This document shows positions 46,523 through 49,649 of a stretch of DNA of 49,649 nt, one piece after another. Within the stretch, counting starts at the first letter, position 1. Each line of letters begins with the position of its first letter. Origin of the DNA: Anaerolineae bacterium (GTDB lineage: Bacteria; Chloroflexota; Anaerolineae; B4-G1); NCBI GenBank assembly GCA_016931785.1, contig JAFGED010000202.1, forward strand, positions 1 to 49,649, written 5' to 3'. The notes under the pieces are model-generated. The model had not been told where the DNA came from. It did no database searches and saw only the letters and a program-made list of their open reading frames with translations. The translations under genes were made by a program, and so were the position numbers.

Positions 46523-47638
46523 CGCCAGAGAGAGAATCCACAACAGGCTGTAGTTGAGCACGCGCCCGCTGCGCCGCCATCCGCCGTACAGCACCATACT
46601 GTGCACCAGCCCGATCGAGAGACGCGTCGCGCCCGAAAGCTCGCGGTACGTCGAGTAGGGCAGCACGATCATCAGCAGAGCGTTCCCCAGCAGCATGAAC
46701 GCCAGCGGGTGCCACCGGCGCCGCCACAGCTCGCGCGCGCCCAGAATGACGGCAGCCAGCGACGGCACGACGGCCAGCGGCCCCATGATCAGCAGCCTGC
46801 CCAGCAGCAGATTCACGTCATCGCTGCCAGGCGCCATCAAGCCCCCAAAGGGGATCAGCGAGAAACTGGTCGTCGCCGCCCCGCCCGAGGCCAGGCCCAC
46901 CGATCCGAACCAACGATACAACAAAAGCCTGTAGGCGATAAAGGGCACGCCGTTCACCAGCAGCAGCCTTCCCACCTGCCTCCACTTTTTCCCCAGCACG
47001 TATGCCGCCAGGAACGCCCCGACGGCCAGTAGCGCCGTCTCTTTGGCAAACACGGCCAGCATCAGCATCGCGGCGCCGAGCCAGCTCCGCTCCTGCACGT
47101 AGAACCACATCCCCAGCAGGATCAGCGCGCAGGAGAGCGGCTCGTTGGTATCGAGGCGCAGCGCGATCAGCAAGCCGGCGTAGAGCCCGCACGGCAATGC
47201 GTACCAGGCGCTGACGCCATACCACGTCAGTATCCTTCCCGCGGCATAGGCGCACAAGCCAATAGAGACAAGGTTGACCAAGATGAGCGTGCAGGGGATC
47301 CAACCGGGTTGCCCCAATGCCGCCCAACGGGCCAGGAGGGGGTACAGCACACGCTGGTAGCGATAGGCCGGGTTATCCGTGTAGCGCCAGCCTTCCAGCG
47401 GGTCCAGAGCGATCTGATAGCTGTACTGGCCGTCGTACCCCCACTCGCCATGGGGGTCGCCTTCGGCAAAATAAGAGCCGAGGAGCACGAACCGCATCGG
47501 GTCCCATTCCTCGGCTCCCAGCGCGATCAGGACGTAGCACACGCACACGACAGCCGTCACCAGCGTCACGCCCCAAACGCCGCGCAGCCGTCTCAATGCG
47601 CCCGCTATGTCGTCCCAAGGTCGGCTGTTCCTTTGCAT
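46496..47638 (-). CDS. GT-C-like membrane protein (resembles the AZOBR_p60025 cell-surface glycopolymer family)
   Basis: GYDGQYSYQIALDP...YRYQRVLYPLLA, NEP, AKET; converges on and overlaps 44930..46522 by 27 bp. Confidence 0.75.
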   Translation of the reverse strand: MQRNSRPWDDIAGALRRLRGVWGVTLVTAVVCVCYVLIALGAEEWDPMRFVLLGSYFAEGDPHGEWGYDGQYSYQIALDPLEGWRYTDNPAYRYQRVLYPLLARWAALGQPGWIPCTLILVNLVSIGLCAYAAGRILTWYGVSAWYALPCGLYAGLLIALRLDTNEPLSCALILLGMWFYVQERSWLGAAMLMLAVFAKETALLAVGAFLAAYVLGKKWRQVGRLLLVNGVPFIAYRLLLYRWFGSVGLASGGAATTSFSLIPFGGLMAPGSDDVNLLLGRLLIMGPLAVVPSLAAVILGARELWRRRWHPLAFMLLGNALLMIVLPYSTYRELSGATRLSIGLVHSMVLYGGWRRSGRVLNYSLLWILSLALLAFFVHI

Positions 47639-47686
47639 ATACGGTGGAAAAAGTGACGATCGCTAGATGCGCTGGATGGAGCACGC

Positions 47687-48409
47687 CTACTTAATCGGTG
47701 ACTTGCGGGGCATGCCGGGCCGGCGGGGGTATTTATCCGGCGTCGCAGCCAGTTTGTCCAACACCACCAGGTAGCGCGTCTCGGCCAAACCGCGCAGCTC
47801 CACCGGCACCAACTGGCGCACCCGTCCTCCCAAGGTCGTGATGGCCGTCTCGGCGGTCTGCACCTCCGCAGCAGCGCCCTCCCCCTTCTGCGCCAACGCC
47901 GCCCCGCCCACGCGCACCAGCGGCAGGAGGTACTCTGCCAGCGTGGGCATCTCTGCCACGGCGCGGGCCAACGCCCAGTCATACCGCTCCCGGCGAGAGG
48001 AATCGCGTCCCAGCGCCTCTGCCCGCCCGTGCACGATCTCGACCTCCTCGAGCCCCAGCACGCGCACGATGTGCTCCAGAAAAGTCACCTTCTTGCGCGT
48101 CGCCTCCAGCAGCGTCAAGCGCATCCCCGGACAGACGACCTTGAGCACCAAGCCGGGGAAACCCGCCCCCGTGCCCACGTCGACCACGCGCGCCCCGGCG
48201 GCTAGCTCTTTGCGGGGCAGGGCCTTGAGACAGGAGAGGGAATCGAGAAAGTGGCGCACCAGCACCCCCTCCCAGTCGGTGATGGCGGTCAAATTAAAGC
48301 GCCGATTCCAGTCTACCAGCTCCCGATAGCAGGTCTCGAAAGCGGCCAGGTGGCTATCGGCGAGCGTGACCCCCAGTTCCCGAGTACCCGCGACCAGCGA
48401 TTCCATCAC
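47687..48409 (-). CDS. rsmG: 16S rRNA (guanine(527)-N7)-methyltransferase
   Basis: WNRRFNLTAI, HFLDSL, DVGTGAGFPG, GRAE, ARAVA, TPDKYPRRPG. Confidence 0.96.
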   Translation of the reverse strand: MMESLVAGTRELGVTLADSHLAAFETCYRELVDWNRRFNLTAITDWEGVLVRHFLDSLSCLKALPRKELAAGARVVDVGTGAGFPGLVLKVVCPGMRLTLLEATRKKVTFLEHIVRVLGLEEVEIVHGRAEALGRDSSRRERYDWALARAVAEMPTLAEYLLPLVRVGGAALAQKGEGAAAEVQTAETAITTLGGRVRQLVPVELRGLAETRYLVVLDKLAATPDKYPRRPGMPRKSPIK

Positions 48410-48411
48410 GC

Positions 48412-49548
48412 CTATCCTATGCGACGCTCGCTCTCGGCATCAAAGAAATAGAGTTGATCGGCGGGAAAGACGACCGACACCTCGGCTCCGATATCCAGCG
48501 CGGGATCGAGCGGCCCACTCGCCGCGCAGGCAAACGTCCCCGTGCGGACGTACACGGTCTGCAGGCGATGCCCAAAATCCGGCTCGACGATCTCCACCAC
48601 GCCGCGCAGGTGAATGCCTTCCGGCACAGGACGGCCGCCATACGCCAGGCTGGCCGCCTCGGGGCGCACGCCAAGGATCAGCTTTTGCCCCGCGCCGCAC
48701 CGCGCCCTGACCTCATCTGGCAAGGGGACGGCTATTCCCTCGAAGCGAAGCTCGCCATCGACGACCGTGCCGCCAGCGAACAGATTCATCGGGCGAGCGC
48801 CCAGGAAGCTGGCGACAAAGGCGTTAGCCGGATTTTGCCAGACCTCCTGGTACGGCCCCACCTGCTCAATCTTGCCCGCGCGCATGATGGCGATCTGGTC
48901 ACCAAGAGCGATGGCCTCTGCCTGGTCGTGCGTGACGTACAATGAGGTGATCTGAAAGCGGTGCAGCAATCGCTTGATCTCGACCCGGGTCTGAACGCGC
49001 AGCTTGGCATCCAGGTTCGAAAGCGGCTCGTCGAAGAGAAAGAGACGCGGCCTGCGCACGATCGCGCGGGCGATGGCCACCCGCTGCCGCTCCCCGCCGG
49101 AGAGCGTGCCCGGCTTGCGCTTTAGCAGCTCCTTGAACCCGATCCCCATCATCTCCGAGGTGATGCGGATGCGCTCCGCTTCTTCCTCGGCCGGCGCCTT
49201 GTGCATCCTGAAGAAAAAGCTCAGGTTCTCCTGGCTTTTGAAGTGAGGGTACAGCGCGTAATTCTGAAACACCATGCCGATGTAGCGGTCGCCCGGGGGC
49301 ACCTCCATCATATCCACGTCGTCGTAAAAGACACGCCCGGTAAAATCCGTCTCCAATCCGGCAGCCACGCGCAGGAGCGTCGACTTGCCACAGCCCGAAG
49401 GCCCGACGACGGCAATCGTCTGCCCGTCGGGGACGGTCAAATTCAGGTGATCGAGGGCTGTCACGGGGTCCTGGGAGGCGAACGAATCGCCCACTTTTCG
49501 AGGGGCGCGAAAGTTCTTGGTGACGTCTTCCAATCGGATTGTGGCCAT
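48412..49548 (-). CDS. Carbohydrate ABC transporter ATP-binding protein (MalK/UgpC family)
   Basis: GPSGCGKST, MVFQNYALYPH, LSGGERQRVA, FDEPLSNLDAKLR, YVTHDQ, C-terminal TOBE-like domain. Confidence 0.93.
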   Translation of the reverse strand: MATIRLEDVTKNFRAPRKVGDSFASQDPVTALDHLNLTVPDGQTIAVVGPSGCGKSTLLRVAAGLETDFTGRVFYDDVDMMEVPPGDRYIGMVFQNYALYPHFKSQENLSFFFRMHKAPAEEEAERIRITSEMMGIGFKELLKRKPGTLSGGERQRVAIARAIVRRPRLFLFDEPLSNLDAKLRVQTRVEIKRLLHRFQITSLYVTHDQAEAIALGDQIAIMRAGKIEQVGPYQEVWQNPANAFVASFLGARPMNLFAGGTVVDGELRFEGIAVPLPDEVRARCGAGQKLILGVRPEAASLAYGGRPVPEGIHLRGVVEIVEPDFGHRLQTVYVRTGTFACAASGPLDPALDIGAEVSVVFPADQLYFFDAESERRIG

Positions 49549-49562
49549 TGAGTTCCTCAAAC

Positions 49563-49649
49563 GTAACTACTCAGGCTATTCGCCTGAGCAGTCTCCCTCG
49601 CTCGAAAAGGGGAGAGATGGGGGGTTTGGAGAGCGGCTTCGCCGCTCTC
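49563..49649. mobile_element. Second copy of the GTAACTACTCAG MITE, truncated by the window end
   Basis: gtaactactcaggctattcgcctgagcagtctccctcgctcgaaaagggg...gagagcggcttcgccgctctc is collinear with 2120-2206. Confidence 0.88.

Noticed and set aside
1-49649. CRISPR array, tRNA or rRNA genes
   Set aside because: No regularly spaced repeat-spacer units and no recognisable structural RNA genes were seen.

Overview
This is a bacterial window, most likely Chloroflexota/Anaerolineae; that assignment is an inference from the protein families and repeat types. Housekeeping genes lie at both ends: lysS (5'-truncated), a secreted repeat protein, punA, a PH/SHOCT protein, xerD and a BNR-repeat protein on the left; rsmG and a MalK-like ABC ATPase on the right. 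Between them are a DegU/DegS-like two-component pair and an unannotated 48-aa Flp pilin with its own promoter, operator-like repeats and terminator. These are followed by about 38 kb (9553-47638) carrying 22 polytopic membrane proteins with GT-C (lipid-linked-sugar glycosyltransferase, PMT/ArnT/GT87/DUF2079/YfhO-like) features. The same block holds an AsnB-type amidotransferase, a Trm112-fused methyltransferase and a truncated gene remnant. Most of these genes are translationally coupled on the minus strand. Several non-autonomous element families are superimposed. (i) IS200/IS605-end-like mini-elements; two sit in frame inside glycosyltransferase genes, adding 42 and 76 aa. (ii) A TIR/TSD-bearing MITE with a 32-bp perfect hairpin. 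(iii) About 95-bp inverted-repeat modules in promoter regions. (iv) Short palindromes and 7/8-mer tandem repeats inside ORFs. All family names come from motif recognition, not database searches.
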